Notes: generated from the sequence alone by a model not told the origin. DNA of 64,000 nt from Bacillota bacterium (GCA_029782095.1 JAKOVL010000079.1:8240-72239); one strand, 5' to 3'. Positions 55,274 through 64,000 are shown, numbered from the stretch's first letter. Translations and numbers: made by a program.

Positions 55274-56722
55274 TTAATTGGCCGTATCGATATCCAGGCT
55301 GCCGGCAGCTTTACCGCTGTCCTGTTGCTGCAGCAGCCTTGCCTCGTGGAAGTGGAGGCTCTCCAACACCTTCTCCTCGGGATAGCGATAAAAACAGTAT
55401 AACCCGAACAGGGAAACAACGGACACAACAAGCAGGCTCAGCTGCACGCCCAGAGGATTGGCTATGTCCTTGCCAAAAGTGGAGATCAGAAAGCCGAATA
55501 CCAGGCCCGACAGGGCGATGACCAGCTTCAGCGGCAGCGCCCGCGCGCCGTAGAACATGGCCTCACGCTTTACCCCGGTGCGCAGGGCGTCTTCCCGGGC
55601 AATGTCGGCGGTGGTGGAGTAGAGCAGAGTCGAGAGGGCGGCCAGGGGAAAACCGCACACCACCAGGACAGCGAGGCCCAGGTAGAAAAATAGTCCGCTC
55701 ATGTTGAAACTCAGCAGGAAAAAGGCAAAAGTGGCGGCGGATAGGACGGCCACGGCAATGAGCATAATTTTTTTCTTGCCGTACTTTTTCGCCAGCATAT
55801 TTACCAGGGGGAAGCAGATCATGGAGCCGCCCAGGGCTGCGCCGGCAATAACGGTCATAAATTCTTGTTCTCGCTTGAAGATGACCACGGCATAATACAT
55901 CAGCCCCAGGGTGATTATGTTTACGCAAAACATCATGAACAGCTCTCCGGAAAGGAAAGTGATGAAATGCTTCACCGCATATGTTTTTTTCAGCGATTCA
56001 AGGACGCCCATGTTAACCGGCTCGCTGGGCAGGCAGTGTTTTTTTTCTTTGAAGCCCAGCGTGGACAGGTAAGCGATGACGCAGGCGATGGCGGCAAAGA
56101 AGAAGGCGGACCACTGGTACGAGGCGCGGATATCCATGCCGCCTGCTTGGAGCCGGGCGGTAATCAGGGGGAAGGCCACCGTAACCAGGGCCACGCCCAC
56201 CAGCCCCAGGGCGGCGATAAAGGTGGAGAGGTTGATCCTGATGGATTGATTTAGGCCCAGCTCGGAAACCAGGGCCAGGAACGGGTTGGCATAGCCGGTA
56301 AAAAAGATATAGAAAAGGGCCATCATTACACCTAGCCAGACCCCGTTGGCCACATTTTCTATGCCGTTATAAGGAGGGGAAAAAATCAGAGCCGCCGTGA
56401 GAGCCAGCGGTGCGCCGCTGATTAGCATAAATATCTTGCGGCGGCCCACCCGGGCTTTGCTGTTGTCGCTCAGCGCGGCCACAACGGGGTCGGAGACTGC
56501 GTCAAAAACCCTCCCTAAGACTACGGCTAAGCCGAAAATGGTAAAAAAGCCGTAATATGTTTTGGCCGGGAATAGTTCGGCCAGCCCGTATTCCCGGGGC
56601 GGCAGGTAATAAAAGGCGGCGTAAAGGAGGATCATTCGCTCCATCATATTGAAGGCTATGCTGCCGCTGGAATAGACGATCTGGTTCAACAGGGGCAAGG
56701 GGGTAACCTGGTTCGGTTTCAT
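55274..56722 (-). CDS. MFS transporter, glycoside-pentoside-hexuronide (GPH):cation symporter family
   Basis: 482 aa with 12 TM helices. VFDAVSDPVVAALSDNSKARVGRRKIFM matches the GPH loop 2-3 motif. Confidence 0.75.
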   Translation of the reverse strand: MKPNQVTPLPLLNQIVYSSGSIAFNMMERMILLYAAFYYLPPREYGLAELFPAKTYYGFFTIFGLAVVLGRVFDAVSDPVVAALSDNSKARVGRRKIFMLISGAPLALTAALIFSPPYNGIENVANGVWLGVMMALFYIFFTGYANPFLALVSELGLNQSIRINLSTFIAALGLVGVALVTVAFPLITARLQAGGMDIRASYQWSAFFFAAIACVIAYLSTLGFKEKKHCLPSEPVNMGVLESLKKTYAVKHFITFLSGELFMMFCVNIITLGLMYYAVVIFKREQEFMTVIAGAALGGSMICFPLVNMLAKKYGKKKIMLIAVAVLSAATFAFFLLSFNMSGLFFYLGLAVLVVCGFPLAALSTLLYSTTADIAREDALRTGVKREAMFYGARALPLKLVIALSGLVFGFLISTFGKDIANPLGVQLSLLVVSVVSLFGLYCFYRYPEEKVLESLHFHEARLLQQQDSGKAAGSLDIDTAN

Positions 56723-56941
56723 TCTTATACCTCGCTCTCAGAGTTTTCATGGGAAAGCAAGCCGCAGATTCCTGGTATGGATAATTCGCATTATTTGTTC
56801 ATTTTTCCTGCTTTTTTTTGCAGCTAAGACAATTACAGCATCTACTTTTTTAGATAAACATGGCCGCCGGGGAGGAGATCGAAGCAGTTTTCTTTAAGTT
56901 ATAGTTGGCGCCCTGGAGTTTTATTGGAAGGAGGTCTTCCC

Positions 56942-58033
56942 ATGGAAACAATTCTAGATTGGTTAAACCGGGCCATGAGCCTGGAAGGGATCTGGCACGA
57001 TATTGTCGTAGCCGCCTGCATTGTCGCCCTGTCCGTCCTGGCCAGGGGTATTTTTACGCGTTATATCTTTCGCCTCGTCTTGAATATGACCAAAAAAACC
57101 AAAACGGACCTGGATGAAGATATCCTTCTTGCTTTTGAAGGTCCCCTCAAAGCGCTGATTTCATTTACCGGCCTCTTCCTGGCGGTGCAATACCTGCCCC
57201 TGGCCGAACCATACCAGGAGCTGGCCCTTTCGTTCTGGCGCTCTTTTCTCATCGTTTTTGCCGCGTGGGGGCTCTACAACCTGGCCGGCAGCAGCGTTTT
57301 TACCGGCCTGGCCGAAAGAATGCAGGTGGATCGAGTCCTGATCGTGTTTGCTGCCAAGGTATTCCGTTTTGTCATTATTGCCCTGGCGGCCAGTATCATC
57401 GCCGGAGAATGGAATTACGATGTCAACGGGTTTCTGGCCGGACTGGGCCTGGGGGGGCTGGCTTTTGCCCTGGCCGCCCAGGATGCCGTTTCCAATATAT
57501 TCGGCGGCGTGGTGATCATTATGGATAAACCCTTTTCCGTGGGCGATTGGATTGAAACGCCCAGCGTTGAAGGAACCGTGGAAGAGATGACTTTTCGCAG
57601 CACCAAGGTGCGCACTTTTGCCAACGCCCTGGTTACCGTGCCCAATTCCATAGTGGCCAATGAGCCGGTCACCAACTGGACGCGCATGGGTAAAAGACGG
57701 ATCACCTTTCATCTCGGTGTGCCTTATACCACCCCCCGGGAAAAGCTGAAAAAGTGCGTGGAGCAAATCCGGGCCATGCTGGAGAACCACCCGGAGATTC
57801 ACCAGGAAACGATTTTTGTGCGCTTTGACCAGTTCAGCGAAAGCAGCCTCGCTATTTTTCTATACTTTTTTACTAGGACAACCGTGTGGGCGGAATATTT
57901 AAAGGTCAAAGAGGATGTCAATTTTAAAATCATGGAGATCCTGGAACGCGAAGGGGTTAGCGTGGCCCTTCCCAGCCGGAGCATCTATTTTGAAACGCCG
58001 CTGCCCGATTCAGCTGCGGCAGGCCGGCGATAG
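56942..58033 (+). CDS. Small-conductance mechanosensitive channel (MscS family)
   Basis: Three or four N-terminal TM helices, then ...NIFGGVVIIMDKPFSVGDWIE.....GTVEE...RSTKVRT......VTVPNS.... The ATG at 56942 follows GGAGG. Confidence 0.85.
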   Translation: METILDWLNRAMSLEGIWHDIVVAACIVALSVLARGIFTRYIFRLVLNMTKKTKTDLDEDILLAFEGPLKALISFTGLFLAVQYLPLAEPYQELALSFWRSFLIVFAAWGLYNLAGSSVFTGLAERMQVDRVLIVFAAKVFRFVIIALAASIIAGEWNYDVNGFLAGLGLGGLAFALAAQDAVSNIFGGVVIIMDKPFSVGDWIETPSVEGTVEEMTFRSTKVRTFANALVTVPNSIVANEPVTNWTRMGKRRITFHLGVPYTTPREKLKKCVEQIRAMLENHPEIHQETIFVRFDQFSESSLAIFLYFFTRTTVWAEYLKVKEDVNFKIMEILEREGVSVALPSRSIYFETPLPDSAAAGRR

Positions 58034-58349
58034 AAAAGGCCGGCCTGCGCCCGTTTCCGGCCTTCATGCAGCTTTTTTTTCCGGCGGGATTAACCCCGGA
58101 AGGATTTTATATGCCGGATTAAGAATATTTACTGGAAACGGCGGAATATGCCTTTGTCGCCTGATGAAACTTTAAGCATGCTTTTCTCTGCCGGTCCCAG
58201 GAGGTGGAATCCGCTGGTCGGTCGTGCAGCCATTACGGACGAATCCTGTTGTGGTTCCATAAGCATGATCAATGGATCGATGAGCACAATAGATTACATA
58301 GCAGCAAGGCCAGACTAATATTACAGCACTTGCGGGAAGGCGAATTTAC

Positions 58350-60221
58350 ATGTCCAAAAAGATGAAGGAACAGTATTCGCACAAAATTGCATCCACGGAA
58401 GATATTTTTCAAAGGATCCATGCCGGTGACCGGATCTTTATAGCCACGGGATGTGGAGAGCCGCAATACCTGGTTCGCAAGCTGGTGGATTATGTAGAAT
58501 CAAACCCCAAGGCCTTTTTTGATGCGGAGATCCTGCATGTCTGGACCCTGGGGGTGGCCCCGTATACCGATGAGAAATTCAAGCAAAACTTCAGGCACAA
58601 CTCATTTTTTATCAGCCATAACACCCGGGACGCGGTCAACGAGGGGCGGGCCGATTATACACCAATTTTTTTAACGGATGTGCCGAACCTGTTCCGGTGC
58701 AGGCTGGTTTCCATTGATGTGGCCCTGATCCAGACATCGCCGCCCGATGAGCGGGGCTATTGCAGCCTGGGGGTAAGCCTGGATATAATCAAGGCGGCCA
58801 TTGAAAGCGCCTCCCTGGTTATTGCCCAGGTGAACCGGCAGATGCCGCGGGTTCATGGTGAAACTTTTATTCATGTCAATGACATAGATTATCTCGTGCC
58901 CTACGATGAACCGCTGCTCGAATATCGCCCCCTGCCGGTACCGGAGCATATTGCCAGTAAAATCGGGAATTATGTGGCGCGAATTATTGAAGACGGCGAT
59001 ACCATCCAGGTCGGGTACGGCAGCGTACCCAACGCGATCCTCTCCAGCCTTACCGAAAAGAAGCACCTGGGTGTGCATACGGATCTGCTCGGCGACGGGC
59101 TGGTTGAGCTGATGAAAAGCGGTGTCGTGGACAACAGCAGAAAAACAATCAACCGCGGCAAAACGGTGGCCTCTTACTGCATGGGCAGCCGGGAAACGTA
59201 CGAGTATATTAACGATCATCCCGGCATTGAATTCAAAGAGATTGACTATACTAACAATCCCCTGGTTATTGCCCAGAACCACAACATGGTAGCCATCAAC
59301 AGCGCCCTGGAGGTGGATCTAACCGGACAGGCTACCGCCGAATCCATAGGCAAAACATTTTACAGCGGTATCGGCGGCCATACCAGTTTTATGCGCGGAG
59401 CGGCCCTTTCACCGGGAGGCAAAACCATCCTGGCCCTGCAATCCACCACCCGCAACGGTGAGACCTCGCGCATCGTGCCCTTCCTGCGCGAGGGCGCCGG
59501 GGTAACCTTAACCCGGGGCGATATCCAGTACGTGGTCACCGAATATGGCATTGCTTACCTGCACGGCAAGAACATTCGCGAACGGGCCATGTCTTTGATC
59601 GCCATCGCCCATCCCAAATTCCGGCCCTGGCTGATTGAGGAAGCAAAGAAGCTGTCTTTGATCTATAAGGATCAGGCCTTTATGCCCGGTGAGAAAGGCG
59701 AATATCCGGACCACCTGGAAACATACCGGACCACCAGCCATGGGTTGAGTATTTTTATACGCCCGGTTAAAATAAGCGATGAACCGCTGATTAAGGATTT
59801 CTTTTATTCCCTTTCGGATAAAAGTCTTTACCGCCGTTTTCTGACCATCAGGAGACACATGCCGCACGAAGAGCTGCAAAAGCATTTTGTGGTCATCGAC
59901 TACACCCGGGAGATGATCCTGTTGGCGGTAAAAACATACCTGGGCCATGAAGTGATCACGGGAATGGCCCAGTATTGTATCGATGAAAGTGCCCTATCCG
60001 CCGAGGCTTCCATCGTGGTCAGGGATGATTTTCAGCGCAAGGGCATCGGCCTGGAGCTCCTTTCCTATTTAACTTCTGTGGCCAAAAAACAGGGGCTGCA
60101 GACCTTTACTGCTGATATCATGCCCGAAAACCGGGCTGTGCTGCGGCTGATCGAAAAATTGGGGCTGGAATGGGAGCGCAAATGGGATGGCGGCACTTTT
60201 GCGGTAAAACTGAAGCTGTAG
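58350..60221 (+). CDS. Fusion protein: acetyl-CoA hydrolase/transferase (4-hydroxybutyrate CoA-transferase-like) domains plus a C-terminal GNAT acetyltransferase domain
   Basis: 623 aa. The N-terminal roughly 430 aa show the AcetylCoA_hydro pattern (...GDRIFIATGCGEPQ..., ...NSALEVDLTGQ...). The C-terminal roughly 170 aa are GNAT-like (...VRDDFQRKGIG..LL...). Confidence 0.75.
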   Translation: MSKKMKEQYSHKIASTEDIFQRIHAGDRIFIATGCGEPQYLVRKLVDYVESNPKAFFDAEILHVWTLGVAPYTDEKFKQNFRHNSFFISHNTRDAVNEGRADYTPIFLTDVPNLFRCRLVSIDVALIQTSPPDERGYCSLGVSLDIIKAAIESASLVIAQVNRQMPRVHGETFIHVNDIDYLVPYDEPLLEYRPLPVPEHIASKIGNYVARIIEDGDTIQVGYGSVPNAILSSLTEKKHLGVHTDLLGDGLVELMKSGVVDNSRKTINRGKTVASYCMGSRETYEYINDHPGIEFKEIDYTNNPLVIAQNHNMVAINSALEVDLTGQATAESIGKTFYSGIGGHTSFMRGAALSPGGKTILALQSTTRNGETSRIVPFLREGAGVTLTRGDIQYVVTEYGIAYLHGKNIRERAMSLIAIAHPKFRPWLIEEAKKLSLIYKDQAFMPGEKGEYPDHLETYRTTSHGLSIFIRPVKISDEPLIKDFFYSLSDKSLYRRFLTIRRHMPHEELQKHFVVIDYTREMILLAVKTYLGHEVITGMAQYCIDESALSAEASIVVRDDFQRKGIGLELLSYLTSVAKKQGLQTFTADIMPENRAVLRLIEKLGLEWERKWDGGTFAVKLKL

Positions 60222-60377
60222 CGAGGGGCTGGGGAGCGCTAATTCCCGGCGGTGCAGCTCCCGCAACCGTCCTGGAGGAGCGCTGAACCCCCCGGCTGCG
60301 CGCTGCTGCTCGACCATGTCCTTTGCTCCGCCAGGATCGGAACTGCCGGCGGTTTTGACTTATTAGGAGGTTTTATT

Positions 60378-61403
60378 CTGCATAAGCTATCTCTTCCACA
60401 TTACACTGTCACTGAAGAAACTTTTCAATCGGTATGGAATCTATATTACGGGGAGAAGCATCTTCTGGAGCCGCCTTCCATTTTTGTTGCTCCGGCCTGG
60501 CTGGAAGCCTGGTGGTATGCCTTCGGCGAAGGGGCTAAGCCGGCGCTGCTGGCAGTCAGGGAAAACAGGCGGATCGTCGGGCTGGCCCCGCTTATGATCA
60601 GGGGAAAAGAGGCCTCCTTCATGGGCAGCCCCGCTGTCTGCGATTACCTCGATTTCTGGGCCGCCCCCGGAGAAGAAGAGCGTATTGCCGCTGCCGTTTT
60701 GCGCCATCTTATGCAAAAAGGGGTAAACAAACTGGATCTGCACAGCCTACACCCCGGCTCTGCCGCCCTGGCCGGGCTTGTCGGCGCGGCGAAAGCCCTT
60801 GGCTGGGCCTGTGAATGCACCCGGGAAGCCGTTTCCGTGGGGCTTGAGCTGCCGCCCACATGGGAGAGCTACCTGGGCGCCCTGACCAAAAAACAGCGCC
60901 ACGAGGTCAGGCGCAAACTAAGAAGGCTGGAAGAAGCGGGACCTTATCGCTACCGGGTCATCACCGGGGAGGAGGCCCTGGCCTTTATTCCCCTTTTTCT
61001 GGACCTGTTCACCCGGAACCCGGAAAAAGCGAGCTTTCTCACCGGTGCCGTGGCCGTCTTTTTCCCCAGGGCCCTTAAAGCTGCCGTGCAAAGCGGGCCC
61101 GGCCGGTTCGGGCTGCTGGAGCTGTCGGGGCGCGCCGCCGCGGCCGTATTCTATTTCGATTACCGGGGAAATGATTATCTTTACAACAGCGCCTATGATC
61201 CGGAATTCAGCAATGTAAGCGCAGGATTAATGTGCAAGGTCCTGCATATTAAGGATGCTATCGCCCGGGGATGCGGCTACTATGACTTTTTAAAGGGCGA
61301 AGAAGTGTACAAGTATCGCCTCGGCGGTCGTGATATTCCCATTTATCGCTGTACTGCAACCCGGTTGGAGCGCCCCCATAATCCGGCCGGGAGGAGGACG
61401 TAA
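60378..61403 (+). CDS. Fem/CelD-like (BioF2-like, Acetyltransf_6) GNAT-fold acyltransferase; start uncertain
   Basis: ...YDFLKGEEVYKYRLGG near the C-terminus is typical of the CelD/FemAB-like family. AGGAGG at 60365-60370 is followed in frame only by ATT (60375) and CTG (60378). The alternative GTG at 60252 adds a low-complexity 42-aa extension. Confidence 0.6.
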   Translation: MHKLSLPHYTVTEETFQSVWNLYYGEKHLLEPPSIFVAPAWLEAWWYAFGEGAKPALLAVRENRRIVGLAPLMIRGKEASFMGSPAVCDYLDFWAAPGEEERIAAAVLRHLMQKGVNKLDLHSLHPGSAALAGLVGAAKALGWACECTREAVSVGLELPPTWESYLGALTKKQRHEVRRKLRRLEEAGPYRYRVITGEEALAFIPLFLDLFTRNPEKASFLTGAVAVFFPRALKAAVQSGPGRFGLLELSGRAAAAVFYFDYRGNDYLYNSAYDPEFSNVSAGLMCKVLHIKDAIARGCGYYDFLKGEEVYKYRLGGRDIPIYRCTATRLERPHNPAGRRT

Positions 61404-61405
61404 AG

Positions 61406-62620
61406 CTGAAAATTGCCTGCCTGAGCATGCACAGTTCACCCCTGGGTAAGCCCGGCACCAAAGATACCGGCGGTATGAGCACCTACCTGCGCGAGCTGTC
61501 GCTGGCCTTGGGCCAAATGGGCCAGCGGCTGGATCTCTATACCGCGGTGGGAAGCGCCGCGCCCCAGCAAACCTCGCTGGGACCAGGTGTCCGCCTGGTC
61601 ACTTTGCCAGCCGGTTCCGGCAGTGAAGCCAAGCTTGACCTGTATGACCACCTGGATAGCTTTACCGGCGGACTGGATCAATTCCGCCGTGCGGAGAGGC
61701 AAAGCTATGATCTGATCTTCAGCCACTACTGGCTCTCTGGCATGGTCGGGGAGAAGCTTAAATCGCGATGGGGCGTGCCGCACGTGATCATGTTTCATAC
61801 CCTGGGTGCGGCAAAAAACGCCTCCTGCAGCGGGGAGAGGGAGCCCGCCCTGCGCATTGAGGCGGAGAAAGCCCTGGTGCAGGATAGCGACAAGATCATC
61901 GTGGCCTCGCGGCGGGAAAAGGAGGCGCTGCAGCGCTATTACGGCGCCCCGCCGGGCAAGATCGAGCTGATTCCCTGCGGAGTGAACCTGGCCCTGTTCC
62001 GGCCGCTGCCGCAGCGGCCGGCCCGGCAGCGGGCCGGCCTGGAGGATGAAAAAACAGTTCTATTCGTGGGGCGGATGGAGCCGGTAAAGGGCCTGGAGCT
62101 GCTGCTCCGCGCCGCCGCCATTTTGCACGGACAGGGCTGTTCTTTTAAGCTGCTCATTGCCGGGGGGGACGCGCCGGATGATCCGGCCATACAACACTAC
62201 CGGAAGCTGGCCCTGGAGTGGGGGATCGCTGACCGGCTCGTCTTCCCGGGGCCGGTGGAGCATTATCTATTGCCATTTTACTACAGCGCCGCAGACGTCA
62301 CGGTGATCGCCTCGCACTATGAAAGTTTCGGGTTGACCGCTCTGGAATCACTGGCCTGCGGCACGCCTGTCGTGGCCACGGATGTGGGCGATTTAAAAGA
62401 AATTATTGAGCAGGGCCGCACCGGGGCCGTGCTTGAGGAGCGCTGCCCGGAAAAGATGGCGGAGGCGGTGGCCGCCTTTTTAAAGCTGCCGCAGAAGCCG
62501 GTTCAACTTTGCCGCAGCTCGGTTGCCTCTTTCGGCTGGCCCGGGGTGGCGCGGCAAGTGGCCGCTGCTTTTGGAGAAATTATACGGTTGAAAAGGAGCA
62601 GGGGTTATGGCACAGGTTGA
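61406..62620 (+). CDS. GT4-family glycosyltransferase with an MshA-like N-terminus; start placed at a non-canonical CTG
   Basis: (L/M)KIACLSMHSSPLGKPGTKDTGGMSTYLRELSLAL... matches the MshA-type N-terminal motif. Its first 7 codons lie upstream of the first ATG (61427), with no ATG/GTG/TTG available. RBS GGAGGAGGA at 61390-61398. C-terminal E....G...ES.A.G.PVVAT GT4 motif. Confidence 0.75.
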   Translation: MKIACLSMHSSPLGKPGTKDTGGMSTYLRELSLALGQMGQRLDLYTAVGSAAPQQTSLGPGVRLVTLPAGSGSEAKLDLYDHLDSFTGGLDQFRRAERQSYDLIFSHYWLSGMVGEKLKSRWGVPHVIMFHTLGAAKNASCSGEREPALRIEAEKALVQDSDKIIVASRREKEALQRYYGAPPGKIELIPCGVNLALFRPLPQRPARQRAGLEDEKTVLFVGRMEPVKGLELLLRAAAILHGQGCSFKLLIAGGDAPDDPAIQHYRKLALEWGIADRLVFPGPVEHYLLPFYYSAADVTVIASHYESFGLTALESLACGTPVVATDVGDLKEIIEQGRTGAVLEERCPEKMAEAVAAFLKLPQKPVQLCRSSVASFGWPGVARQVAAAFGEIIRLKRSRGYGTG

Positions 62621-63299
62621 TTTGATGGTGGTGTCGCCGCATCCGGATGATGCTGAATTCGGTATTGCCGGCACCGTAGCCCGCCTGGTTCGTGAAGGCA
62701 AAACGGTTGTTTACGTGGTTTGCACCAGTGGAGAGAAAGGCACCGACGACCGCGCGGTGAAGCCGCAAGACCTGGCCAAAAGGCGGGAGCGGGAGCAGAC
62801 CGCCGCCGCCGCGGTCCTGGGAGTGCGGGAGGTGGTCTTTTTGCGCTATGAGGACCAGGCCCTGGAAGACTGCGCGTCGTTCCGCAAGGAGATTGTGCGC
62901 TGCATCCGCACCTTTCGCCCGCACACAGTAGCCACCACCGACCCTTACCGCCGCTATATCTGGCACAGGGATCACCGCATCACCGGCCGGGTGGTGCTGG
63001 ATGCTGTATTCCCCTACGCCCGGGATCACCTGTCCTATCCCGACCTGCTGGATGAAGGCCTGGAGCCGCACAAAGTGCGGGAGTTGCTCTTCTGGGGCAC
63101 CGATGAGCCCAACTACCGGGTCGATATAACCGACACCTTTGAGTTGAAACTGCGGGCCCTGCGCTGCCACGAAAGCCAGGTGGGCGGCCATCGCTTTGCC
63201 GCAGTTGAAGAGTGGGTGCGGGAGCGGGCCCGCGCCGCCGCAGCGGGGGAAGATTTTGAGCTGGGCGAGGTTTTCCACCGGGAGGAGATCCGCTGGTGA
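62607..63299 (+). CDS. PIG-L/LmbE-family N-acetylglucosaminyl deacetylase
   Basis: VVSPHPDDAEFGIAGT metal-binding motif and ...HRDH.... 230 aa. The start overlaps the GT4 stop by 14 nt. RBS AAGGAG. Confidence 0.85.
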   Translation: MAQVDLMVVSPHPDDAEFGIAGTVARLVREGKTVVYVVCTSGEKGTDDRAVKPQDLAKRREREQTAAAAVLGVREVVFLRYEDQALEDCASFRKEIVRCIRTFRPHTVATTDPYRRYIWHRDHRITGRVVLDAVFPYARDHLSYPDLLDEGLEPHKVRELLFWGTDEPNYRVDITDTFELKLRALRCHESQVGGHRFAAVEEWVRERARAAAAGEDFELGEVFHREEIRW

Positions 63300-63412
63300 T
63301 CGGCTCCTCTCTGCCGGGCCAGCAGCATTCGCCTTAAATTCTGCCACTGAAGGGCTGTTCACTCTTAGCTTTTTTGGCCCCGTAAACTGCGCGGCGCGTT
63401 CCGTTGCAGACG

Positions 63413-64000
63413 CTACTGCCCCAGCCAGGTAACGTCGCCGCAGAGGTAGGGATCTCGAGGACGGGCGGCGAACTGCCTGTATTGTTCCAGCTCCGTCTGC
63501 ACCCGGGTGAAGGCGCCGTGCCCGGGAAGGAGCAGGGTTTCGCCGGGCAGGGTAAAGATCTTTTCAGTGATGGAGCGGATGAGCTGCTGCAAATCGGCCG
63601 GGGTGGCGGTTTTGCCCGGACCGCCCGGGAAAATGGTGTCGCCGCACATAAGGCAGCCCTTACCCTTAATTAGAAAACAGAGGCTGCCCGGGGTGTGGCC
63701 TGGGGTGTGCAGCACCGCCAGGGAAAGCCTGCCGCAGGCCACGCTGTCGCCGTCCCGAAGCAGCCGGTCCGGGCGCACCGGCAGGGCGTCTCCGTCGGCG
63801 CCGTGGGCGGCCACCGGAACCTGCAGCCTGTTTTTTAACTCCTCCAGGGCCAGGGTATGATCGGCATGGCCATGGGTTATTAATATGCAGCGGGGCCTCG
63901 TCCCCTCCAGCTGCCCGATGATCTCATCAGCTTCCCCCGGCGCATCCACGAGGATGCTGTCACCGCTTTCCCGGCAGACGAGGAGATAGGCGTTGGTGCC
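63413..64000 (-). CDS. MBL-fold metallo-hydrolase (glyoxalase II-like). The N-terminus lies beyond the window edge.
   Basis: ITHGHADH metal motif, ...HTPGHTPGS..., and the frame stays open upstream to the window end (...GTNAYLLVCRESGDSILVDAPGE...). Confidence 0.8.
   Translation of the reverse strand, partial: GTNAYLLVCRESGDSILVDAPGEADEIIGQLEGTRPRCILITHGHADHTLALEELKNRLQVPVAAHGADGDALPVRPDRLLRDGDSVACGRLSLAVLHTPGHTPGSLCFLIKGKGCLMCGDTIFPGGPGKTATPADLQQLIRSITEKIFTLPGETLLLPGHGAFTRVQTELEQYRQFAARPRDPYLCGDVTWLGQ

Noticed and set aside
1-64000. CRISPR arrays, rRNA genes, additional tRNAs, intact transposases, integrases or recognisable defence-system genes (restriction-modification, Cas, abortive-infection ATPases or nucleases).
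   Set aside because: None were seen on either strand. The only regularly recurring short sequences are the hairpin repeat families described above, and these lack the repeat-spacer periodicity of CRISPR arrays.

Overview
This 64-kb window looks like chromosomal DNA from a high-GC, spore-forming Firmicute (Clostridia-like). That placement is an inference from gene content and synteny. All calls come from reading the supplied translations and the DNA; no similarity search was run.

Most of the window is conserved housekeeping sequence in two blocks that match Bacillus subtilis gene order:
- Block 1 (1-21.3 kb) is the 'ylo' cluster: Ca2+ P-type ATPase, yicC, remA, gmk, rpoZ, coaBC, priA, def, fmt, rsmB, PP2C phosphatase, PASTA Ser/Thr kinase, rsgA and rpe. 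It is followed by an FMN-riboswitch-controlled ribD-ribE-ribBA-ribH operon.
- Block 2 (22-28.8 kb) is polA-mutM-ytaF-coaE, then a lytic transglycosylase and an NAD-type isocitrate dehydrogenase.

The remainder is more accessory:
- a tandem carbon-nitrogen hydrolase pair plus a YbaK-type editing protein
- a GH125-like glycosidase with an amidohydrolase
- a lower-GC tetR-MMPL-yhgE cassette bracketed by roughly 100-bp direct repeats
- a decayed prophage head-module remnant next to tRNA-Leu(GAG), comprising a MuF pseudogene, a DUF6883/DUF4926 pair and a GP20 scaffold protein
- an orphan coiled-coil protein
- gdh, a znuACB-like operon, an acyl-CoA dehydrogenase and rocD
- a GPH-transporter/GDPD/HAD operon and an MscS channel
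- a four-gene operon encoding a CoA-transferase-GNAT fusion, a Fem/CelD-like acyltransferase, an MshA-like GT4 and a PIG-L deacetylase

The observations most worth a second look are:
- the four-gene operon, whose logic resembles low-molecular-weight-thiol or glycoside biosynthesis
- a dispersed family of composite GC-rich palindromic repeats at four loci; one copy, inside the rib operon, appears split by a nested MITE-like insertion with a 10-bp duplication
- the repeat-bracketed efflux cassette
- the MuF/Hint/DUF6883-DUF4926 remnant
- at least two genes whose conserved N-termini lie upstream of any ATG/GTG/TTG, implying CTG or ATT starts

No CRISPR array and no rRNA gene were seen, and only one tRNA was found.
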